Shown in pieces: positions 47,319-57,300 of a stretch of 64,000 bases of DNA. Origin of the DNA: an uncultured Candidatus Binatia bacterium (GTDB taxonomy: Bacteria; Desulfobacterota; Binatia; UBA9968; JAJDTQ01); the NCBI GenBank assembly GCA_965261895.1, contig OZ253480.1, positions 3,947,665-4,011,664 on the forward strand. Direction: 5' to 3'. Under the pieces are notes generated by a model. It made no database searches. It was given only the letters and a program-made list of their open reading frames with translations, and was not told where the DNA came from. The first letter of the stretch is position 1; the number at the start of each line of letters is the position of its first letter. A program made the translations under genes and the position numbers.

Positions 47319-47433
47319 TCCGCAGGCGAATGGAAGCCATCGATAAAGCATTGCGGCTGTTTGGCGTGCGAGAGGGACGCCGGCAATTGACGCCACGGAG
47401 CGCTCCCTCTCGGGTGTGACCTAGAGGCGGAAT

Positions 47434-48930
47434 ATGCATGATCCGGAGTGCCGTGCGGAGATCCGGTCGGCGTCGGCCGGTGCATGTCCAAGTGGCCGCG
47501 AGGCGGTGCGGCGGGGGTTGTGGCGCGTCGTCCTCATCCCCTTGCTGCTTGCGATGCCGCTGCTCCTGGCGCCTTGCCCGTCGACGTTCGGGCAGGCAAG
47601 GGACGCCACCGGGGACCAGCACCTGGTGTTGACGGTGGATGCTGCGATCCGGCTGGCGCTACGGAACAACCGAGGCCTGATCGACGCCCGGCTCGCCCGA
47701 ACGTTGCAGGAGTTCGCGCTCGACGTGGCCGGGGACCGCTACCGGCCCACGGTGACGATCGGACCGTCCACGCAGGCGCAAAAGGCGCAGGACTGGAAGG
47801 CGGACGTCGACGCCGAGACCGGGCTCAGGATTCGCACCGGCGGCCGGATCACGTTGCGATGGTCGAAACCCATCGCAGGGCAGGACGACACTTCGGGCAC
47901 CGTCACCCTGGGCTTTTCACAGCCGTTGCTGAAGGGCTTCGGGGCTTCGGTGGATACGGCGCCGGTCCGGTCGGCTCGGCTGACCGACGAGGTCAACATG
48001 CTCGCGTTCCGCGAGGCGATCGCCGGTGTGGTGACCTCGACGATCCGCGCTTGGCGGGACCTCGTCCGGGCTCGGCGGCAGCTCGATATAGGCGAGTCCT
48101 CGCTGGAGCGGGCGCGTAAGCAACTCGAGATCAACCGGACGCTGATCGAGGCGGGCCAGATGGCGGCGCGGGAGATTCTGCAGAGCGAGGCCAACGTCGC
48201 CGACCGGGAGCTTACCCTGGTTCAGTCGCGCAACCGCGTGACCGTAGCCAATTTCCAATTGATCGACATTCTGGACGTCGACAGCGCCACGGAGGTCCGT
48301 CCGCTGGCGATGCCGGTCGCCCGGCAGCCGGATCTTTCGCTGGAAGAGGCCATCGCCGTGGCTCTGCGCCACGCGCCCGCCCATGCGCTGGCTCTGCTCG
48401 ACGTGGAGATCGCCGCGATCGATCTGGAGGTGGCGGAGAACAAGACGCTCTGGGACCTCACCCTGGATGCCGAGGCGTCGCGCGGCACCGGCGGGGGCGG
48501 TGAGGCGACCGACTATGCGGCGGGCCTGCGGCTGACCATTCCGCTGTGGGACCGCTTGCCCGAGCTCGGGCTCATGAGCGCCAGAGCCGGTGTCCAGCGG
48601 GCGGAGCGCGGCCTTGCCGAGGTCCGTCAGGCGACGGACATCGCGGTGCGCCGGGCGGTCCACGACGTGGAGGTGGGTTTGCGACGGATCGCGCTCGCCC
48701 GTGACGCGCGCGCGCTTGCCGAAGAGAAGCTCGAGATCGAGCGGAGCAAGCTGCAGCAGGGTCTGTCGTCCACCTTCCAGCTCAGCCGCTTCGAAGAGGA
48801 TCTGGTGCGCGCACAGAACGCCGAGGTGGATGCGCTCATCGACCATGAGAACGCGTTGACGACACTCGACCGGACGCTCGGCACGACGCTGGAGACCTGG
48901 GATATCGGTGTCGAAGAGGTCGGGCGATGA
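47434..48930 (+). CDS. TolC-family outer membrane efflux/secretion protein
   Basis: 498 aa with an N-terminal hydrophobic signal. OMF repeat helices LALRNNRGLIDARLARTLQEF and LE(I/V)NR. The true start may be internal. Confidence 0.7.
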   Translation: MHDPECRAEIRSASAGACPSGREAVRRGLWRVVLIPLLLAMPLLLAPCPSTFGQARDATGDQHLVLTVDAAIRLALRNNRGLIDARLARTLQEFALDVAGDRYRPTVTIGPSTQAQKAQDWKADVDAETGLRIRTGGRITLRWSKPIAGQDDTSGTVTLGFSQPLLKGFGASVDTAPVRSARLTDEVNMLAFREAIAGVVTSTIRAWRDLVRARRQLDIGESSLERARKQLEINRTLIEAGQMAAREILQSEANVADRELTLVQSRNRVTVANFQLIDILDVDSATEVRPLAMPVARQPDLSLEEAIAVALRHAPAHALALLDVEIAAIDLEVAENKTLWDLTLDAEASRGTGGGGEATDYAAGLRLTIPLWDRLPELGLMSARAGVQRAERGLAEVRQATDIAVRRAVHDVEVGLRRIALARDARALAEEKLEIERSKLQQGLSSTFQLSRFEEDLVRAQNAEVDALIDHENALTTLDRTLGTTLETWDIGVEEVGR

Positions 48931-50696
48931 CGGAAGAGCGCGCGGACATCCACGGGCGCGTACTCGACCATCTGCTGGACGGGGTGATGGTGGTCGAGCG
49001 GGGCGGCACGATCACGGTGTTCAACCCGGCGGCGGCGCGCATCCTCGGTGTCTCGCCCGAGGAGGTGGCAGGCAGGACCTTCACCGAGCTCTTCATCGCG
49101 CGAGAGGGGTTCGAGGAGTTCTCGGACCTCCTCCTGGACGCCGTCCAGGGCGAGGGCGAGGGCGGCCGGCAGGTGGTGACGCTGCATACCGGCGATGCGG
49201 CGCGGACGCTTTCGGTGGCGATCTCCTACATCGGATCGAGCGGGGACGACGCCGGCGAGAGGGTGGCGCTGATCGCCGTGTTCAGCGACATCACCGAGTT
49301 GCGCGAGCTGCGCGAGACCGAGCTTCGCATGGCGAAGGCGGTGGAGGCGCAGCATGCAGAGCTTCAAACCGCGTACCGGCAGATCGAGCAGCGGAACGAT
49401 TCGCTGGCCGCGATGCTGAAGAAGGTCCAGGTGGCGCGGGTGCTGGCGACGGTGGTGGTGATCGGGGTTTTCCTGGGGGCAGGCGTCTATGTCTGGCGGC
49501 CCCTCGACCTGTTTGGCCCCGTCTTTGGGCCCTCGGTGGTGTCTCACGCCGATGCCGCGAAGGGGTTGCGGACGATCGTGGTGGAGCCGCGGCAGACGCG
49601 GGAGACGATTGCGCTGGTGGGCAAGATCACGCCGTGGCGGACGGTGACGGTGACCAGCCCCATCGAGAGCCGCGTCTCGGCAGTGCACTTCCAGTATGGC
49701 CAGAAGGTGGGAAAGGGCGATCTTCTGGTGGAATTGGATACCTCCGAGTTGGTGCGGAAGCACCGTCGGGCGCAGGTGGCGTATATCAATGCGTTGGAGG
49801 CTTTCGAGACCGTCAGGGACTGGAAGAACGGCCCCGAAATGATAGTCGCGCGGCGGGCGTTCGCGCGGGCTCGGATTGCACTTGAGAGCCAGGAGACCCG
49901 GCTGAAGCGGACCACTTTCCTGCTGGAGCAGGGCCTCGTTCCCGCATCCCAGCATGAGGAAGCGGAGCGTCAGCACCGGCGCCAGCTTCTGGATTTCGAG
50001 GCCGCCCGCCAGGACCTTGAAGCAGCCCGGGCCAGGGGTGGCGAGGAGGCGGTGGACAAGGCGGCGCTGGAGTTGAGCAGTGCCAAGGAAGAGATGCAGG
50101 AGCTTGCGAAGAGCGCGGGCCAGGGCCGTGTTCTCGCGCCGGTGTCGGGGGTGGTGCTGGCGTCCTCCGGGGCCGGCGCAAAGGTTCTCGCGCCGGGACG
50201 GTCAGTGGAAAAGGGCGAGGCGATACTGAAGATTGGGGACTTCAGCCGCATTGCCGCCACCGCGATGGTCGACGAGGTCGACGTGGTGCGGCTCGCGGTC
50301 GGCCAGACGGTGTCGGTGACCGGCAACGCGTTCCGCGATCTGCGGATGCGGGGGACCGTGACCCACGTTTCGTCGCAGCCCCTCCCGAGGGCGCGGGGCG
50401 CGGCCCGGTTCGAGGTCAAAGTGACGCTGGACCCGCTGGACGCGCATCAGAAAAGGCGGTTGCGGACGGGAATGTCGTGCGTGCTGGAGATCGTCATCTA
50501 CAACAAGGACGCGGCGCTGATGGTCCCCATCGAAGCGGTGGAGCGAAGCGGCCGGTCTCACCGTTTGCGTGTGATCCATGGCGAGACCCGCATCGTTCAG
50601 CACCGCGAGGTGGAGGTCGGCCCCACCACCCTGGATTCGGTCGAGATCACGTCCGGGCTGAAGCCGGGTGACGAGATCGTCGTCCCGACGGAATGA
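48927..50696 (+). CDS. Membrane fusion protein (HlyD/MacA-like periplasmic adaptor) with an N-terminal cytoplasmic PAS domain
   Basis: Residues 1-120 are PAS-like (LLDGVMVVERGGTITVFNPAAARILGVSPEEVAGRTFTELF). A TM helix follows (VARVLATVVVIGVFLGAGVYVW), then biotinyl-lipoyl, beta-barrel and MP domains of an MFP. Confidence 0.7.
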   Translation: MTEERADIHGRVLDHLLDGVMVVERGGTITVFNPAAARILGVSPEEVAGRTFTELFIAREGFEEFSDLLLDAVQGEGEGGRQVVTLHTGDAARTLSVAISYIGSSGDDAGERVALIAVFSDITELRELRETELRMAKAVEAQHAELQTAYRQIEQRNDSLAAMLKKVQVARVLATVVVIGVFLGAGVYVWRPLDLFGPVFGPSVVSHADAAKGLRTIVVEPRQTRETIALVGKITPWRTVTVTSPIESRVSAVHFQYGQKVGKGDLLVELDTSELVRKHRRAQVAYINALEAFETVRDWKNGPEMIVARRAFARARIALESQETRLKRTTFLLEQGLVPASQHEEAERQHRRQLLDFEAARQDLEAARARGGEEAVDKAALELSSAKEEMQELAKSAGQGRVLAPVSGVVLASSGAGAKVLAPGRSVEKGEAILKIGDFSRIAATAMVDEVDVVRLAVGQTVSVTGNAFRDLRMRGTVTHVSSQPLPRARGAARFEVKVTLDPLDAHQKRRLRTGMSCVLEIVIYNKDAALMVPIEAVERSGRSHRLRVIHGETRIVQHREVEVGPTTLDSVEITSGLKPGDEIVVPTE

Positions 50697-50708
50697 GCGG
50701 CCGGGGTC

Positions 50709-51389
<681 letters not shown>

Positions 51390-51403
51390 CGCGGGCAGGT
51401 GCG

Positions 51404-52618
51404 ATGAGGGGCCTACGCCCGATTCTGGCAGCCAACCTTCGCGAGGCTGTACGCAGTCTCCACGGGGCTCGGTTGCGGACAGTGCTGGGGCTGATCGGCG
51501 TCATGCTGGGCATCTCGTCGGTGATCGCCATGATCTCGTTGGGGGAGATCGCGAAGGCCGAGTCGCGAAAACGGTTCGAGGCCCTCGGCACCGACATTCT
51601 TGCCATCACCAAGTCCGACACCTCGGCCGCCGCCCGTAGGCGGGGAGCGGTCATTGGCCTCGAGGATGCGCTTGCGCTGGCAGACGCGGTCCCGACCGTG
51701 TCGGAAACCGGGCCCCAGACCGAGGCGCAGGGTTCTTTTGCGTATGGCGGGAAATCCATGGGTCGGGGATTGACGCAGGGCGTATCGGCCGCGTTCGCGC
51801 GCGTGAACAGGTTACAGGTCGCCGAAGGGCGGTTCCTGTCCGACATGGACGCGGAACGCTATTTTGCGGTGGTGGGCGCCGACCTGGCCTCGGCCATGCG
51901 CCGCGGCGGGGCGCGAGAAGTCGTAGGCGAGGTCCTGGAGATCGACGAGCGGCTGTTCACCGTCGTGGGCGTGCTGGCGGATACGCCCGAGACCTACGCG
52001 TTGCCCTTCCAGTTGCAAGCGAACCATTCGGTGTTCGTGCCGATTACCACCGTGCGGCGCATCGACCCGAGCACCGAGATTGGACTGATCGTCGCACGCG
52101 CGACAGCCGGTGTTCACCACGCGGATGCGGCACGCGATGTCCAAGCCTATTTCAGCGGTCGCACAAGGGGCCTCGCTCTCAGGGTCACCAGCGCCGAGCA
52201 ACTGATCGAGCGGATGGAGTCTCAACTGGGACTGATGACGCTTCTTCTGGGTGCCGTCGGCAGTATCAGCCTTATCGTCGGCGGCATCGGAGTGATGAAC
52301 ATCATGCTGATTTCGGTGGCCGAGCGGCGGCGCGAGATCGGCATCCGCCGGGCGCTCGGCGCGACGCGCGGGGACATCCAAGGTCAGTTCTTGATCGAGG
52401 CTGTGATCCTGACGCTCTGTGGGGGGCTGGCGGGCATCGTGGTCGGCTGCGGGGCCACCTACGGTGTCTGCCGGTTCACCGGGTGGGAGTTCTTTCTATT
52501 GCCGAGTTCTATCGCAATAGGTGTCGCCGTCTCGTCCGTGGTCGGGGTCTTCTTTGGCTTCCAGCCCGCCTATCAAGCGTCCCGTCTAGACCCCATCGTC
52601 GCCCTGCAAGGGCAATAG
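51404..52618 (+). CDS. ABC transporter permease (MacB/FtsX-type, with periplasmic domain)
   Basis: 404 aa. An N-terminal TM is followed by a ~200-aa periplasmic domain, then three C-terminal TMs characteristic of FtsX-like permeases. Confidence 0.8.
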   Translation: MRGLRPILAANLREAVRSLHGARLRTVLGLIGVMLGISSVIAMISLGEIAKAESRKRFEALGTDILAITKSDTSAAARRRGAVIGLEDALALADAVPTVSETGPQTEAQGSFAYGGKSMGRGLTQGVSAAFARVNRLQVAEGRFLSDMDAERYFAVVGADLASAMRRGGAREVVGEVLEIDERLFTVVGVLADTPETYALPFQLQANHSVFVPITTVRRIDPSTEIGLIVARATAGVHHADAARDVQAYFSGRTRGLALRVTSAEQLIERMESQLGLMTLLLGAVGSISLIVGGIGVMNIMLISVAERRREIGIRRALGATRGDIQGQFLIEAVILTLCGGLAGIVVGCGATYGVCRFTGWEFFLLPSSIAIGVAVSSVVGVFFGFQPAYQASRLDPIVALQGQ

Positions 52619-52740
52619 CGTGGATGCGGCGGACGATCCGGAGCAAAGTCTCCATCGTTCAGTGTCGATCATGCGATTCGCGATGGACCCTCACACCCAG
52701 TTCACGCATCGTCGATGGTACATGATATCGTTTGAGACCT

Positions 52741-52830
52741 GTCAAACCGTCAAATCTCCCCAATATTGGGGAGGCATGGAAGCGCCTGAGCGTTTACACT
52801 TCAAACATGCGTCAGCGCCGCCGGGAGTGG
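52741..52830 (+). promoter_or_regulatory. Conserved upstream element, copy d (perfect 18-bp palindrome CTCCCCAATATTGGGGAG at 52756-52773) upstream of the LuxR-family regulator
   Basis: GTCAAACCGTCAAATCTCCCCAATATTGGGGAGGC...GCGTCAGCGCCGCCGGGAG. Confidence 0.6.
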
Positions 52831-52948
52831 GTGCCGGCGACATCGGTGTGTAAGGTTGCAGCGGAGAATATGCGGAACAAAGAAGGGTTCTTGCCACCCA
52901 GCGGCTGGGAATTGCGCCGGCCGAGCGTCCGCAAACGAAGGCGCGGTC

Positions 52949-54100
52949 ATGAGTGAACGGGAGGCGTTCGACCGCATTCTGGCTTCGTTGCACGAGGTGG
53001 CGCTCGACCCTGGCCACTGGTCGACCGCCACCGCGCTGATCGACCAAGCCCTCCGCACGCACGGCAGCAGCATGGTGTTCGGCGACGGGCACTCCGAAGA
53101 GGACATCCGAATCTACTTTACGTGGGCCTTTTTCCGTGGGCAACGGCACCGGGAATTGGAGCGCGAGTACTACGAGGTCTACTACCCCCTGGACGAACGG
53201 GCCCCCCGCATACGGTATGCCCCCGACAGCCGGTTGTACCACGTTACCGACCTCTACACCGAGAAGGAGCTGAAGACCTCCACGACATACAACGAGCTGT
53301 TGGCCCGCGCCCACGCCCAGAACGGCATCCATGTGCGCCTGGACGGGCCCAATGGCTCGCGCATCGTCTGGGTCGTCAACGACCCGGTCGACGGGGACGG
53401 CTGGTCGTCCGCCCAGCTCGGCTCGATCCGGCGTCTCCTGCCCCATATCCGTCAGACCGTGCGCGTCCAGCAGGCGCTGGCCGGGACCGGTGCTCTGCGC
53501 GCGTCCCTCGCGAAGCTGCTTGACGCCACCGGGTTGGGCATCGTCCATCTCGACGGGCGTGGGCGGATCGTGGCGGCGAACGACCGCGCCCGGGATTTGC
53601 TGCGGACCGGCGACGGTCTGTTCGACGAGGACGGTTTCCTCTACGCCCGCACGCGGGAGGACAATGCCGAACTCCAAGAACTGTTGACGCGAGCGCTGCC
53701 GCCGTTCGGGGCACAGGGCGCGGGCGGCTCGACGATGGTGAGGCGCTCGTCCGGCCGGTCGCCGCTGGTGCTGCACGTCAACCCGGTGGGCCGGCAGGAG
53801 ACGGTCTGGCCGGTCTGGCCGGTCGCGGCGCTCGTGCTGGTCGTCGACCCGGCAAACCAAACCCGCATCGATCCGGCCGTGGCTGCGGCGGCTCTCGGCC
53901 TCACGGGGATGGAGAGCCGGGTGGCGGTGCTGTTGGCCGACGGCATGAACGTCCGCGAGGTCGCCGCGGCAACGGGCCGCGGGGAAAGCACGATCCGCTC
54001 GCATGTGAAGCACATGTTCGACAAGCACGGTCTGTCGCGGCAGGCGGAGCTGGTGCGGCTTGTGCAGTCGTTGGCCGGCGCTCCGGAGTCCCGACGCTAA
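52949..54100 (+). CDS. LuxR/GerE-family transcriptional regulator (C-terminal HTH; ~300-aa N-terminal domain uncharacterised)
   Basis: C-terminal GerE HTH (LTGMESRVAVLLADGMNVREVAAATGRGESTIRSHVKHMFDKHGLSRQAELV). The N-terminal start is MSEREAFDRIL. Confidence 0.7.
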   Translation: MSEREAFDRILASLHEVALDPGHWSTATALIDQALRTHGSSMVFGDGHSEEDIRIYFTWAFFRGQRHRELEREYYEVYYPLDERAPRIRYAPDSRLYHVTDLYTEKELKTSTTYNELLARAHAQNGIHVRLDGPNGSRIVWVVNDPVDGDGWSSAQLGSIRRLLPHIRQTVRVQQALAGTGALRASLAKLLDATGLGIVHLDGRGRIVAANDRARDLLRTGDGLFDEDGFLYARTREDNAELQELLTRALPPFGAQGAGGSTMVRRSSGRSPLVLHVNPVGRQETVWPVWPVAALVLVVDPANQTRIDPAVAAAALGLTGMESRVAVLLADGMNVREVAAATGRGESTIRSHVKHMFDKHGLSRQAELVRLVQSLAGAPESRR

Positions 54101-54130
54101 AGCCGGAAGCAGCCGCTGGCCGGCGCTGAC

Positions 54131-54262
54131 CTCGTCTGCCTTGCCTTCATTCCTGAGACACAGTCAAAAACCGCCAAATCTCCCCAATCTCGGGGACGCG
54201 CGCCACGCGCGACTCGCGTAATCTTTCATCCATCGCGCATCAGCGCCGCCCGGAGCAGACCC
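54131..54262 (+). promoter_or_regulatory. Conserved upstream element, copy e (imperfect palindrome TCCCCAATCTCGGGGA) upstream of giant adhesin 2
   Basis: CAGTCAAAAACCGCCAAATCTCCCCAATCTCGGGGACGCGC...CGCGCATCAGCGCCGCCCGGAGCAGACCCGGCGAG. This is also similar to copy a. Confidence 0.6.
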
Positions 54263-54362
54263 GGCGAGGTCTGTGAGGGAGGGTGTGTGGCGATGGGATC
54301 GGGTCGTGACTGAAGAAGGTTTTCTGCACCGGATAGCGGGTCCACCGAATTGGAAAACATCG

Positions 54363-57300
54363 ATGAGCACCTTGAGCACCTTCGACGCCTGGCACCGCTG
54401 GCTGACCGGCCTCCTTCTCGTGGCGGGTCTCGCCGTCCTCGCCGCGACGCCCTCCCATGCCGATCCCGCGGATGGCGACCTGCGCCTCAGAGGAGGTGCC
54501 ACGCACAACGAAGGACGGTTGGAGATCTTCTAAGACAACGAGTGGGGGACCGTCTGCGACGACTTCTTCGGGAGAAGGGACGCGAAGGTGGCCTGCAAGC
54601 AGATGGGCTATACGGGAGCGGAAGCGTACCTCACGGACGTCGCGGTAGCACCGGGCAGGCGGTTTTGGCTCGACGACGTCAATTGCGTGGGGAACGAAGC
54701 CAAACTGACCGAGTGCTTCTACAACAGCAACGTCAGAAACATCAGCAGCAGAACCAGCCCCCAATGGGGAATCGCCAACTGCATACCGTCGGAACAGGTG
54801 GGCGTGCGCTGCACGGCCTCGACCTCGGACGAGAGCGTGGAGCTCAACGAGAGCCACCTCACGGTGCAGGAGCAGGGCGGCGGGTCGAGATACACGGTCC
54901 GTCTGGGCAAGGCGCCGACCGGGAACGTGACGGTGGCAATCTCCGGGCAGAGCTCGACGGTGACGGTCGACTCCACGCCCCTGACCTTCACGACGGGAAA
55001 CTGGAGCACGCCGCAGAGGGTGACCCTGACCGCCTTCGACGACTCGAACCGGACCGACGACTCGTTCACCCTCACCCACACCGCGTCCGGGGGCGGGTAC
55101 GGCAGTGTGACCGAGAGCCTCAGCGTGACGGTTGAGGACGACGACGGTCCGGTGCAGGCCCATATCGATTACGGTGGCATTGTCAGTCTGACCGAGGGCG
55201 GTAGCCGCACCTACAGCATCTGGCTGGATAGCGCTCCGACCGAACAGGTGACGGTGGCGGTGACCGCGCCGTCGAAGGTGAGCGCGACCCCGGCGAGCCT
55301 GACCTTCACGACGGGGAACTGGAGCACGCCGCAGACGGTCACGCTCGAAGCGCAGGACGACAACGACACCTCCGACGAGACGCAGTATGTGACGCACAGG
55401 GCCACCAAAGGCGACTACACCACGACCTTGAGCAGAGTTCAGGTGGAGATTACGGACGACGACGACGGTGAGGACCAGATCGGCTCGCGGCCGTCCGGGG
55501 CGTTGTGGTGGGCGGCGCTGACGGCGCGGCGGGAGACCGGCGGGGCGACCGGGCACATCGACTACACGAGCCCGCATGCGGACACCGGCAAGCTCTCGAA
55601 CGACAGCTTCACCTACGGCGGGGTGACGCGCGCGATCGACGGGCTGTTCGTCGACCGCAACGGGCACTTCCAGATCTGGGTGGATTCGGGGAACGGCTCG
55701 GTGCTGCCGAACGGTTCCGTGCTGCATGTAGGGAGCGAGTCGCTGACGCTCGGCAGCGCGACGCGGCAGTCGTTCAGGACCATGTACAACGACGGCAGGA
55801 CGCCGATCATGCGCGAGCACGCCTACTGGTGGCAGTCGGGCTCGCACGGTGTGAGCCTGTCGGACCGGCAGGTGGTGGCGGTGTGGCTGGAGGTGCCCGC
55901 CGGGAGTGAGCTGCCCGGGGTGCCGAGGAGTGTCAACGCGCAGGCGCGGGACGGCAAGGCGAGCCTGGAGTGGGGTGCGCCGCCGGAGGTCCCGTCGAAA
56001 CCTGTCACGTCCTACGAGTACCAGCAGGAAGGCACGGAGACGTGGAACTCCACGGGCGGGACGGCGACGACGAAGGAGGTGACGGGCCTCGCCAACGGCG
56101 CGAGCTACACCTTCCGGGTGCGTGCCGTGAACGCGGCGGGCAAGGGCGCGGCGTCGGCGCCGACGCCGGCGGTGACGCCGGCGGCACCAGGGCTGACGGC
56201 GTCGTTCGTGTCGGTTCCGGAGGCGCACGACGGGAGCAGTGCGTTCACGCTGCGGCTTGAGTTCAGCGAGGATGTGGCCGGGCGTTTTCGGCGGATGCGG
56301 AGCGACGTGTTCGAGGTGACGGGGGGCGCGGTGACGGACCTGCGGCGTGTGGACCGGCGCCGGGACTTGTGGACGGTCACGGTGACGCCGTCGTCGGAGG
56401 ACGAGGTGACGGTGGCGGTGCCGGCGGGCCGGGCGTGCGATGTTTCGGGGGCGGTGTGTACGGCCGACGGCGAGCAGTTGTCGAGCCGTGTGGAGGCGAC
56501 GGTTCCCGGCCCTCTGCCGACGGTGTCGGTGAGCGCGGGAACGAGCCCGGTGACGGAGGGCACGGCGGCAGCCTACACGCTCACGCGCACGGGCGACACG
56601 GCGGCAGCGCTGACGGTGACGGTGAGCGTGAGCGAGGACGGCGCGGTACTCTTGGGGACGGCGCCGACGGAGGCGATCTTTGCCGCGGGCTCGGCGACGG
56701 TCGAACTCACGGTCGCAACGGAGGACGACGCGGTTGCCGGGGACGGGAGCGTGGTGACGGTCGCGCTTGTGGCCGGCACGGGCTACGCGCTCGATGCGGA
56801 CGCCTCCGCGGCAACGGTGACGGTGGCGGACGACGACGCGGTGACGGAGAACACGGCGCCGACGGGCCTGCCGACGATTGCGGGTACGGTGCGGGCCGGT
56901 GAGACGCTGACGGCGTCGGCCACGGGCATTGCGGATGCGGACGGGGTCGCCGATGCGGTTTTCGCCTGGCAATGGATCGCGAACGACGGGACGGCGGACG
57001 CCGATATCGCGGATGCGACGGGGACGAGCTACACGCTGACGGCGGCCGAGGTTGGCAAGACGGTCAAGGTGCGCGTCACCTTCACCGACGACGGCGGGAC
57101 GGCGGAGACGTTGGTCGGCGCGGCGACGGCGGCCGTGGCGGCGCTTCCGGCGATCTCGGTGGCGGCGGTTGCGTCGCCGGTGACGGAGGGGGCCGCGGCG
57201 GCGTTCACGCTCACCCGCACGGGCGACACGGCGGCGGCGCTGACGGTGTCGGTGTCGGTCACGCAGGCGGGCGCGGTGCTGTCGGGCACGCCGGGCTCGA

